The notes: generated by a model from the sequence alone, not told the origin. DNA of 64,000 bases from Felis catus (GCF_018350175.1 NC_058368.1:102798001-102862000); one strand, 5' to 3'. Counted from the first letter of the stretch, positions 12,921 through 24,109 are shown. Numbers and translations: made by a program.

Positions 12921-13345
12921 CATTTAATTGTAGTAAAAACCACAGAACATAAAATTTACCATCTGGACCATTTTAAGTACAGTAAAACCTTGGTTGGCGA
13001 GCAAAATCCGCACCAGAAACAAGCTTGTAATCCAAAGCACTTGTATGTCAGAGCGAAGTTCAAGAACCAGGGGCTCAGTTGTGATCACGTGACATTCAGC
13101 GTCACGTGCTACTCGTACTGTAAGACATGGCTCATTTATCAAGTTAAAATTCATTAGGAAATGCTTGCTTGACTACTGGCAGAACAAGTTACTCCGAATC
13201 CAAGGTTTAACTGTAGATAGTTCAATGGTATTAAGTACCCTCACAGTGTTGTGTAATGGATCCCCAGAGCTTGATTTTCACCTTGCAAAAATGAAATTCT
13301 CTACCCTTAAAGAGCGACTCTCCATCTCCCCCTCCCCTGACACCT
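12921..13345 (-). mobile_element. L1 (L1MB-type) 3' UTR fragment, split by a MITE
   Basis: TTAATTGTAGTAAAA...CATAAAATTTACCAT...TTAAG then GTTCAATGGTATTAAGTAC, typical L1MB 3' end in reverse; continuous across the MITE. Confidence 0.7.
12980..13213. mobile_element. Non-autonomous Tc1/mariner (Tigger/pogo-type) MITE, 234 bp
   Basis: Terminal inverted repeats CAGTAAAACCTTGGTT / ATCCAAGGTTTAACTG (14 of 16 match), flanked by TA on both sides (12978-79, 13214-15). Confidence 0.85.
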
Positions 13346-14082
13346 TGTTGGTAATTGTCGGTTTGGGTCTAGTTTCCTATGTGGTGATATAGAAACATGT
13401 ATCTTATAATTATCAGAGTCTCTTTACAAAATAGCTAGTTTTTTGTCGATAAAACACCTATGTTCATAAATGTGCTTTTGAAAATGCTCACTTTCGGCTA
13501 CACATAGCTTTAGTCATCATTGCACCAATGAGTGCGGATCTTCAAAGCTCATCCTCCCCAGTAAGACGCCAGATGAATACGTTTGTGAGCTTCGGCTCTG
13601 ATTTGGTTGAGAATGGATGGTGATATCACGTGCTGGGATGGGGGTCCTGGAAGATGGTGATTATGTGGGAGACGACCAGATTACACACTCTTCAGCCAGG
13701 CAGGCTTATTTTCTCTGAATAAGCTACAACCCGGAACACAACTGCTAAATAAGCACCACAGTGAAACCACAGAATTTGAAAAAAGAAATTAACAACAAGG
13801 CAGGAGAATTTCTACTTCCAATCCTTGGTCCGTAGTATGTGTGACCAAGAATCCACCTCCATTTTCAGACTTCTCTGCTAGTTGATTTCAGCTAGAAATG
13901 TAAATCCTAATATTACATCTGCCTAGCATTGCCATTTTTTTTTTTTTTTTTTTGCCTAAACGGTCACTCTATGTTTTCTTTCATCTTCATTTCCCACGTA
14001 TACATAAGACGCTTTTTCAACATTAAAAATATGATCTTGGAAGAGGTTCCATGATGAGCTATCCTGAAAATAAAAAATTAAA

Positions 14083-14118
14083 AAGAAAGAAAGAAAGAAA
14101 GAAAGAAAGAAAAAGAAA
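14083..14118. repeat. (GAAA)n microsatellite
   Basis: Direct observation. Confidence 0.9.
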
Positions 14119-14178
14119 TATCATGACATTTATGGGGAAAGAATAGCAATTCCATCACAGGAGCACATTTCTCTTTAC

Positions 14179-14260
14179 AAATAAAATAAAATAAAATAAA
14201 ATAAAATAAAATAAAATAAAATAAAATAAAATAAAATAAAATAAAATAAAATAAAATAAA
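14179..14260. repeat. (ATAAA)16 pentanucleotide microsatellite
   Basis: Perfect array at 14181-14260. Confidence 0.95.
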
Positions 14261-14480
14261 GACAAAACAAAAACCCCACTCGTCTATTCTTACTGATGCA
14301 TTTTGCCACGACCTGCATAACTAAGATGTCCCGAAGTTCAACAAGATGCCGGGTTTTAAAACCACAATAGAAAACGGGATCCACTGTTGTGTTTCTTCAA
14401 GTCAAATCATGCTGACAAGCAGAGGTCGCGTGAGGTCAAGCCCCCAAATGTCCCCCTGTCCCTTAGGAGGCTGGGAGGTT

Positions 14481-14975
14481 ATTCATATGTTTCGTCAAGG
14501 AGGGTTCGTGGATGAGGCGGTCTTCCTCGGCACCGAAATGAAAGGTGCACTCCACGGCGCTCCCTGAAAGAGACAGGCGGCTTGCACAGAGTTGGCCGAG
14601 GATCCACTCTGCCGGCCCCTTCTCTCTGTGAGCTCCTGATGGAAGCGCCCTGGGATCCAGGGTTTCAGAGAGACCTTGGAAGTGGCAAAGCAGGACCCCG
14701 CGCTCAGAACTGACACCACCAGCTGAGGAGAAGCAGCAGCAGCTTCTTCGAGAACGCTCACCGCCTCGAACGTCAAGGACGAAAAGAAAAGCGTGGGCGG
14801 GGGTTGGGGGGTCGGGGGGCTTTCATGCGATCCACAGACCCGAACCCGAATTACAATGCCGTGGAAGCAGAGGTTTTCTTGACCCACCGCACGGAAGACG
14901 AGCCAATGGTCATGACGGACAAAATAAGTAATTGGAAACGGATTGGAGCGAGCCTCATCAATACGATTGGATTTT
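14481..14975. promoter_or_regulatory. CpG-island-like candidate promoter/enhancer
   Basis: About 33 CpG in about 490 bp by manual count, not a recognisable repeat; GC box/G-tracts 14795-14819; CCAAT at 14903 and ATTGG at 14931, 14942, 14966. Confidence 0.4.
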
Positions 14976-15695
14976 ATTTGGCTTGTTACATTAATTAGAA
15001 AAATCTGTACAGCACTGCTTGGCCTGCTAGGTGTAAGGAGATTCCAGAGAGCCCTAAATTATACACAAACCATTAGCCTGAGCTCCAAGTTAGAGTTGAA
15101 AGGCCTTTGTTAACTAACCAGAATGAAAGGCGGTCATTTCTCCCCTGGGAGAATTGCTTGTTTCTTTATTTTTCTTAGCTTTTAAACACTTCTAACCATA
15201 TTTTCCTCTCTTCTGCTAAGCCCCGTCATGAACAAAAATGTGTCTAGGGCAGCTTTTTGTTTTGTTTTGCGGCAAAACTGTTGATACGCCCATTGGTGTC
15301 CCGTGGAGACTTTCACTCAGACAAGCATCATAGTTGGGAGCTGACCTACCCAATGGTGCCCGAGTTGGGTCCTTGAACATCAAGAGGCCGTAAGGGCTGA
15401 CCATGAGGGAGCCGTCTGCCCATGGGGCTGACCATGAGGGAGCCGTCTGCCCTTGCACAGGCTCCGCTGTGCCCAGAGGCACTAGATCAGGGTTATGAAG
15501 AGTGTGCCGTGCAGTGCTAAGCCGTTAACGGAACAACAGTGTTCCATCCCTACCAGAGGACCATGCGGGGGACAGCATATTATCCTTAGCCATTAAGCCC
15601 AGTCACGAAGAGATGGCTTCCAGTGGGCTCCAAGATAAGGTGGGGAAGACTTTGCTGAAATGCAGACCCAGCTGCATTTGAAAAATCTGTCTCGC

Positions 15696-15923
15696 GGGGC
15701 GCCTGGGTGGCTCAGTCGGTTGAGAGTCCGACTTCGGCTCAGGTCACTATCTCGCGGTCTGTGAGTTCGAGCCCTGAGTCGGGCTCTGGGCTGATGGCTC
15801 GGAGCCTGGAGCCTGTTTCCGATTCTGTGTCTCCCTCTCTCTCTGCCCCTCCCCTGTTCATGCTCTGTCTCTCTCTGTCCCAAAAATGAATAAACGTTTA
15901 AAAAAAAGAAAAAAAAAAAAAAG
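15696..15923 (+). mobile_element. Felid CanSINE
   Basis: Full body; TSD AAAATCTGTCTCGCG. Confidence 0.95.
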
Positions 15924-18353
15924 AAAATCTGTCTCGCGAAATTCAGTGCACTCTGGACATTCCTCCCTAGATGCCGGTTGGTCAGTTAGACAGTATTTAC
16001 TTAGGCACATGCGGCCGAGGAGATAAATTTCCAAACACTCCGTTGTTTCAATAAAGATAAGTGGCAAAGCTGGTGATGTTACAATCAGGGACCTGTCTGC
16101 AGGACAATGTCGAAGGAGGCAGCATATTATGGACAACGTTTACACTATTTGTGAACATAGGGGAGTTTCTATGGTGAAGAGATGAACTCACATTTTCACT
16201 GACCCACATAGTAGTTCTTTTATTTGGGTGTTTTTTGTTTTTTTTTTTTTTTTTATGCCACGAACCTTCCAGAAAGCTGGGATGTCATCATGTGCACCTC
16301 TGCCTCTGAGCCTCTGATGATTCTCGTCATCGTGGAAGGATTGGGCTCTGCCCTCTTGCTTCTGATTTGCTGGCAATAGACCTTCAGCTAACAGTATATC
16401 TGCTCAGCCGAAGATGGAGTGCTAATCTAGAGGGACTCGAAATGGCTCTGTCATTTTCTAGATGACAGCTCCTATTTTCCACTGGCTTCTGGCCCATGTG
16501 CTATCATCCATCTCTGTCAAGAAGACACTTGCTTATCTGGTTGCTAGAAATGCTTTTGTTAAAAACACGTAACTGCAGTTCATCAGTCTTGTGAGCAAGT
16601 TGTTGATTTTGCTAAACTAAGTTTAAACTCTGCTGTGGTTTTGTGATATGACATCTATTTTTATTAGATATTGTCATGATTATTTATAGTGTCTTAGAAG
16701 CACACTAGGGTTTACAAAAACGCGAGTTAATCAGCCAGTCGAGTGGTGTAAAACGAAACTTTCAGGACTATGGGGTACACATATTAACATCATTCGTCAT
16801 TTTCTGGCAACTCTAAATTAAGAAGTTACTTACTGAGAAGGGAGGGAAGTTGAATCAGGACTATAAGAAAAACAAAACTTAACATAAATAATGTATGTTT
16901 CACAACAAACGATGGTAAGCGTTAAACGCTTTATTATAAAAAGCGGTCGTGTAATTATAACACATGAAATACTATCAACTACCAAAGAAGAGCATTGATT
17001 AGCTTGTAAGAAAGAACATGGTTATGCCAACCGGAAAATATTCATTTTGCTCATATTCTTTTGGTTTTGACCGGTGTGCTCATGCCCTTCTCGTTCCGTT
17101 ACGACTTGACCACTCACACCTTGGGCAAACCCCGCGTAATGGGTCCAAACCAGCCCTAACCTTCCAGGGAGCTTCTGACGAGTTCACCTCTAGCACCGTC
17201 GGCTAAAACTGGTTCAAACCCTCCTATCATATGTTAATTCCCAGCCAGTGAGGTTGCTAACAGAGTCGGAGGCGAGGGCATGCCACGTCATCTTTAAAGG
17301 GTGACGCCCAGATGGCAAAATCCAGTGCTGTTTCTGGCGGGCCTTTGTCATGCCTGCCGGTCTGAACTACACCCTCTTTGTCTTCTCTCCCCTCCCTTCA
17401 GGCAAACGCAGACTCCTGGCCCTTCCCACCAGCTGCTGGAGGTCCGCCATGTGGCCTTATTAATGGGCACGGATGGAGAGGCCAAGAGGAGTCAGGGGAT
17501 GTCTCTGTGTCTGCTGTCTACTTTCTCTCAGCCTTTTAAAACTGAGTGGCTATGACAATCACTGGAGAAAGGATAGGCAAGAGCTGGCGGTCGATTTGCT
17601 GCCCACCAGATGCTTTTGCCTCGCACAGGACAGATGAGGCCAAGGCCTGAGGCCAGCACCAACGGAACTCTCCTGAGATGTTCTCATCGTGGACGGGAAG
17701 TCGTGAAGCAGCTCCTGGGTGTGGAAACAGCCCTGGAGCCCTATCCTTGCATCCATTTCCCTCAGTTTTCCCTCGGTCAGACTGATGACACAGACTCTCA
17801 AGAAGAGATATGGGCCTGACCATTGTTACTATCAGGGAGATAGCGGAGTAACACTAGTCATGTAAATAAAATGACAGACACGATCACAATGACTAAGCAG
17901 AGTGAGTAGGCATCGCTCATAAACAGAAGCGCTGCGTTTCCTGAAAGGAAGAAGAGCATCAAAAAATGAAAAGAGAGAAATGGAAAGTCTTGGATTTATT
18001 TTCTTTGTGGCATAATAGAAATATGTCGGAAACAGATTGGTCTTCCCAACAGGGCAATGGTATAAATTTTACGACAAGGAATTCTATTTCTGAAAAGAAA
18101 AAGAAATGAAATTTAATAAAGAGCTTCCAATTATTTACATTGACATCCGAAGAGTTGTAAATGAAGAGGGGAAAAAAGGTTTGAGATGAAGGTAGGTTAT
18201 TCTTTCAAGAACTCATTGCATTGTTTTGAAAACCGAATGTTATGTTGATTATTTTGCAACTTATGAGCACCTGTAGCCATTGATATTTTTTAAAAATATC
18301 ATGTGTCTCTTTTCTCCCTGCATCTCGGATTCCATTAAAAAGGGATGAAATAA

Positions 18354-18448
18354 GGGCTCTTGGGTGGCTCAGTCAGTAGAGCATGTGACTCTTGATCTTG
18401 GAGTTGTGAGTTCAAGCCCCACATTGGGGGTGGAGCCTACTTAAAAAA
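18354..18448 (+). mobile_element. Short tRNA-Lys(CTT)-like SINE monomer
   Basis: GCTCAGTCAGTAGAGCATGTGACTCTTGATCT...GTTCAAGCCCCACATTGGG resembles tRNA-Lys-CTT, with a SINE-type 5' end and A tail. Confidence 0.8.
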
Positions 18449-18456
18449 GCGGATGA

Positions 18457-18665
18457 GGGGCACCTGGGTGGCTGAGTCAGCTCAACGTCTGACTCTTGAC
18501 TTCAGCTCAGGTCACACTCTCACAGTTTGTAGGATCCAGTCCCCCACTGGGCTCTGTGCTGAGTGTGGAGCCTACTTGGGATTCTCTCTCTCTCTTTCCC
18601 TCTCTCTCTACCCCTCGCCCACTCATCCTCTCTCTCTCTCTCACTCTCCGCAAATAAACATTTAA
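18457..18665 (+). mobile_element. CanSINE, older subfamily
   Basis: Full body with (CT)n and AATAAA. Confidence 0.9.
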
Positions 18666-18799
18666 AAAAATGGATGAAATAATTCATATAAAGCAGAACA
18701 AAACCCAATAAAAAGTGTATGAAATTCAGCTGTAGTAATGCGAATAATACTTTTAAACAATGAGTGCTTTGGAAATATACTAATCCTATTTGACTTTTT

Positions 18800-19032
18800 T
18801 TTTTTAATTTAAAAACAAATTTTTTTTTTAACGTTTATTTATTTTTGAGATAGAGAGAGAGACAGAGCATGAATGGGGGAGGGTCAGAGAGAGGGAGACA
18901 CAGAATCCGAAACAGGCTCCAGGCTCTGAGCTGTCAGCACAGAGCCTGACGCGGGGCTCGAACTCACAAACCGCGAGATCATGACCTGGGCCGAAGTCGG
19001 CTGCCCAACCGACTGAGCCACCCAGGCGCCCC
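18800..19032 (-). mobile_element. CanSINE
   Basis: Full body; TSD TATTTGACTTTTTT. Confidence 0.94.
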
Positions 19033-19869
19033 ATATTTGACTTTTTTTAATGTCATTTCTTCGGCTACCTTACCTATTGATAAAAAATTAAATGCCTATG
19101 AAATTGTGACAGGTATGCCTTAGATTTTCAGAGTGGTATAGGTCAATACTTTCACTTAAAAAAACCACCTTGCAATATATGTCCTTATGCGGGGACAATA
19201 ACGATGTATTGTATCAGATGAAGAAAGATCTTTAATATCTGTAGATGAGGGCTAATGCTTAGAATATGTCAAAAGTGTTAGCAGTAGCATGACAACTGTA
19301 TTCTGAGAACGGAATCGGAGGAAATGCTACTAATCTGGGGGGAGAAGAGATTGGGGAAATAAATGATTTCCTAACAGTGAGTTAAGAAACACTGCTTACT
19401 AAGGCATTTTTATTCGTTTATTTGAAGCACCCACATGGGATCATTTCTAGAGACCAGCTTTTGCAGGGGTCTTGACACAGAGCTACATTCTCCCCTATGG
19501 AAGCAAAGTAGTATGGAAGTGAATGAGTCTACATGCATAGGGTGCACAGAGAGCAAAACTGAGAGCTGGAAGGGAGATTGTAGGACTTACGGTTCAATCT
19601 ACAGAGAAAACTAAACCAAAGCCACCCTAGCACAAGCGAGTTGACAAGTTCAAGGCCGTGCTGAACCCAGGATGGGTCTCCTCCCTCTGAGCCACATCCA
19701 TGTCTTTTCTTTTTAAAATAATAAAGAAAAAGGTCTTATCAAGCAAAATAGTATGCCTTATGAAGTCTAATAGTTTGTACCTCGAATATGCAGTATCATT
19801 TGAAAAATAGAGAAATATCAAATAACAGCGGTGCCTGGGTAGCTCAGTCAGTTGAGCGTCTGACTCTTT

Positions 19870-20097
19870 TTTTTTTTTTTTAATTTTTTTTTCAACGTTT
19901 TTTATTTATTTTTGGGACAGAGAGAGACAGAGCATGAACAGGGAGGGGCAGAGAGAGAGGGAGACACAGAATTGGAAACAGGCTCCAGGCTCTGAGCCAT
20001 CAGCCCAGAGCCCGACGCGGGGCTCGAACTCACGGACCGCGAGATCGTGACCTGGCTGAAGTCGGACGCTTAACCGACTGCGCCACCCAGGTGCCCC
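19870..20097 (-). mobile_element. Young felid CanSINE (nested)
   Basis: Full body; TSD GAGCGTCTGACTCTTTT. Confidence 0.93.
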
Positions 20098-20114
20098 GAG
20101 CGTCTGACTCTTTT

Positions 20115-20344
20115 AAAAAATTTTTTTTTCATGTTTTATTTATTTTTGAGAGAGGGTCAGCTTGATCAGGGAGGGACAGAGAGAGAGGGAGACACAGAAT
20201 CCAAAGACAGGCTCCAGGCTCTGAGTTAGCTATCAACACAGAGCCCAACGCGGGGCTTGAACTCACAGACTGTGAGATCATGACCTGAGCCAAATGACCT
20301 AAACCGAAGTCAGATGCTTAAGTGACTGAGCCACCCAGTGGCCT
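20115..20344 (-). mobile_element. CanSINE (nested, older)
   Basis: Full body; TSD GCGTCTGAC(T/C)CTT. Confidence 0.9.
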
Positions 20345-22365
20345 GCGTCTGACCCTTGATTTCAGCTCAGGTCATGATCTCACGGGTTGTGGGTCCGAGC
20401 CCTGCACTGGGCTCTGAGCTGACAATGTGGAGCCTGCTTGAGATCCTCTCTCTCCATCCCTCTCCGTCTCTCTCAAAAATAAATAAATAAACTTAAAAAA
20501 AATAAAGTTTAAAAATGAAAGAAAAAAAGAAGCATCAACTAACAAAAAAGCAGTACAAAAATGTTTAGTGTGACGTTCATGTAAAATACAAGTTGAAGCC
20601 ATCCTACCTAGAAATGTAAAGGACTAGGGGGAAATGAACGAACAAGACCCAGATATGAGATGGGAGGGGGGTATAAACACCATTTGTTTTCATTATTTTG
20701 GGTTCTACCGTATCAAATAAGATGCAGCAGACACAACAGGCTGACAAAGTGCCATTGAACATCAATGTCATCTGCTAGCAATGTGTCTAACAAGGGCTTT
20801 GCAGTCTAATTTTCCTCTGTGTAACTGGAGCCATACTTGCCTGCCAGAGCCATGGTGACAGTCCCACATCAGGTGACATCTGGTGACATCCCACAGGATG
20901 GGCCCTGCAGCCAGCACCTCCCAGCCTCGGTGGCTTTGTGGTTCTACTTTATCCCAGAAGGACCACACAGCCACAGGCCTCCAGGAAATTAATCACAGGG
21001 CATTGCTTACTTTAGGAAAATCATATCTTCATCTCCTTATATCATCCCAGACATCAACAGCACTGGGCGTAACCTCAGTATTAAAAAGCTGTACTAAAAA
21101 TATTTCTTGAGCTCAGTTGCCCTGAGATTTTATTTGTTGGAGTTCCTGTTCCTTTCTCTGCAGATAGGAGGTGTCCTAGCTGGGAAGTATTCTTATCCAA
21201 CCCATCTTGTATTGTGTCTTCTCTCTATATCCAAGAGGCACCAGATGCCTATTGTGCAATTAGGAATTGACTGCCCCTCTTCCCAGATGATACCAATCGG
21301 GACCGTAGCAAGTAATGGAGAGGGGCATGAAGTCAGCGGGGATGGTTTTGTGAGGGTGAGCACTTCAGATTTTGAACTTTCAGGGTTTTGAGAATATATC
21401 GTTTAGTGTAAGTTTCAGCCTCAGTTGATCTTGGTTCTAGCCAACACTAAGGTACTTAGTTGCCTTGGTACATAGCGGCTAGCATTTTAATTATTACTAC
21501 CTTTATTCTCATTTGATTTAAGTGTGTCTGGAGGGGCAGGTCCCCCAGATCTTCGAAGGAAAATTCTGATCCCATTACTTCTGCTGGATACCGCCCGTCC
21601 TCTGTTGCCTCCACACGTACACGATTCTGCCCCCAGGGGGCCTCTTCCTGACACAGTGGCTACCCATTCCTCTGTGTGCCATTCTTTGCAATTATTTACC
21701 TTGTATATGCCCTAGATGTATGTTCCTGGGTATGGAGACATCCAGCCCTGTTCTCACAATGGCTGAAGATGAAGCATCCTTCCCAAGCAGTGCAGTTATA
21801 ATCCTAGGCTCTGAATCAACATCAGGTGTGGTGTGAATGACACACTTCATTGTTATCCCCAATTTGGTCTCATGAGGTGCCCAATTGACCACACTCGCTA
21901 CTTTGCAAACAGTTACTTCTTCTATCTACTTATTAAAGCGTAGGCAATCCCATGGAAAATAATAATTATAATAATTTTTGATGATTTCCATGAAATTACA
22001 TTTGACTGTTGAAAACTTCTTATACACTTCAGTTTGATCTTGGCAGTGAACGTTATACTGTGGTCAGGAAATGCTCAGAAGTGTCTGGAATTTTCTGGAA
22101 TTTTGGTCTATAGCTTTTGGGAATGCACATTTTCGGTGTGTTTTGAAGTACAAGTGTTTTGCATATCTTGAGGTCAAGGATTTTCATAAATACTCAAGTA
22201 ATTTCATTAAGACATACACATTAGAGCCCACTGCCTTTTGTCCTTTTCACAACGTATAGATGTTTTAATCTACCCAATTCAAATATATTTTGGGTATGCC
22301 TCAAAAATGTGAGCAGTCTCGTCATCAGAAATGTGAACCATACACAGAACTGACATTCAACTTTG

Positions 22366-22585
22366 TCTTTTTCTTCTTTTTTTTTTTTTTATTTATTTTT
22401 GGGACAGAGAGAGACAGAGCATGAACGGGGGAGGGGCAGAGAGAGAGGGAGACACAGAATCGGAAACAGGCTCCAGGCTCTGAGCCATCAGCCCAGAGCC
22501 CGACGCGGGGCTCGAACTCACGGACCGCGAGATCGTGACCTGGCTGAAGTCGGACGCTTAGCCGACTGCGCCACCCAGGCGCCCC
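22366..22585 (-). mobile_element. Young felid CanSINE
   Basis: TSD CTGACATTCAACTTTG. Confidence 0.95.
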
Positions 22586-22774
22586 CTGACATTCAACTTT
22601 GAAGGACTAGCAAACTCATTGCATAATCAACTGGGTGAGATGAGTACAGTGAAATAGACGCTTCAGCTAAATCTACAACTAAACATGAGCCCAAAACTTC
22701 AAAACAGAGTCTGAAAGACTGCTGAAATTTCCCCCGTAACTTTGCTGTACATTGTAAGCGGGTAACGGAAAACA

Positions 22775-22983
22775 GGTATTTGGAAAACCTGCAGTTTGGC
22801 GAATTTTTCTTTTGGCCAATAGGCTCTCAGCAAACTGACCTTGTTTACAGTGATTTTTGGTAAACTGGCTTCTGAAAAATAAGCTTTTGGTAAATGAGTA
22901 AACTTGGAAAAGTTGACAAATTGGTCTTTTGGTCAACTGACTTTGAGAAATTGATTTTCAGGGAATTGGTTCTTTCACAATCC
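22775..22983. repeat. Degenerate ~15-bp-period tandem array, possibly DNA-transposon derived
   Basis: Units such as TTGGTAAACTGGCTT, TTGGTCAACTGACTT, TGACAAATTGGTCTT, TCAGGGAATTGGTTC. Confidence 0.55.
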
Positions 22984-23713
22984 CCCAGAAATAAATGATG
23001 AATGGGACAAGAACAAGATCGCACATGGTAATACCAATTAGGGGTCTAGTAAGACATCAATGTATTTTTTTGGGCCTCGAGTCAAGGAGTTATGATTATA
23101 GACTGAATGTGAGGACAAGAGTATTAAGTACGTGGTGGGGAACCACAGGGAGGACACAGGTTGAGATGGGCCTGCAAGCGCCTCTTTCCTGAGGTGAGAG
23201 AGAGGGGTCCCACCCAGGCCAACAGGTCCAAGGGTTGGCTGTGTTGTAAAGATGACACCAGAGATGCCAATCCTGATGAGATTACCGACACACAGGAGCA
23301 AAGATGGAGACATATGGGAGAGATGTAGTAAGAACAACCCTGCCTGGGGCCCACGAGAGAGACTGAATTTCACAGAGGACCACTATACCAACGCCTAGCG
23401 TTGGGGGCCACAATCCATTCTGATTGAACCCACAGATAATAGCAGCTGCAGCTAATCAGGGAGAAGAGAGTACTCCAGCCTGGCTTAGCAAGGAGGTGTT
23501 TATGCCTTTCCCTTTTCTTCCTTCCCTCCTTGGCTGAGTCTGTGACGAAAACGAAGACCCGGATGCTTCCACATCTGCCACCCCTTCTCCAGACTGCTGG
23601 AACCACAGGTTCCACGTAGCAGTGAAGGCAGGGAGGTGATCGTCTCTGCGTGCAGTGGGACACTGGAGTTTTAGGAAAAAACAGACCTGACCTTTACAAA
23701 GAAAATGACACAA

Positions 23714-23920
23714 GGGGCGCCTGGGTGGCCCAGTCAGTTAAGCGTCCAACTCTCGATTTCGGCTCAGGTCACGATCTCCTACTTCCTGGGATGGGTCCCT
23801 AAGACGGGCTCTGCGCTGACAGCGTGGAGCCTGCTTGGGATTCTCTCTCTCTCCCTCTCTCTGTCCCTTCCCAGCTTGCGTGCACATGCTCGCTCTCTCT
23901 CAGAAAAAAACATGAAAAAA
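23714..23920 (+). mobile_element. CanSINE, older subfamily
   Basis: Full body; partial TSD AAA.GACAC. Confidence 0.92.
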
Positions 23921-24109
23921 AAAGACACTATTATTTATAAGTAAAATTCAAGCAATTTAGAGGAACCCGATCTAGAAAGGAAATTTTCAACATAGCCTGG
24001 GGGGGGGGGGGAGGGGAAGTTACTAGAAAAAAATAAGACCCTGTCAGGTTTAAACTTCAATGATTTGGACTCCTCACTAGGCAGATTATGAAAGTCCATA
24101 GAATCAATC

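Larger units (their letters stand above)
19829..20527 (+). mobile_element. CanSINE host element split by two nested SINEs
   Basis: Head 19829-19868 resumes at 20345; degenerate TSD AGAA..ATCAA.TAACA at 19811 and 20528. Confidence 0.85.

Noticed and set aside
14495..14887. 130-aa minus-strand ORF over the CpG-rich patch
   Set aside because: Non-ATG start, no recognisable domain; long ORFs are expected in GC-rich DNA
18354..18430. Possible functional tRNA-Lys gene
   Set aside because: SINE-type 5' end, disrupted acceptor stem, A tail and TSD indicate a retroposed element
20780..21400. Possible old LTR fragments here and at ~23090-23700 and ~55900-56480
   Set aside because: LTR-like composition but no termini, TSD or family motif I can support
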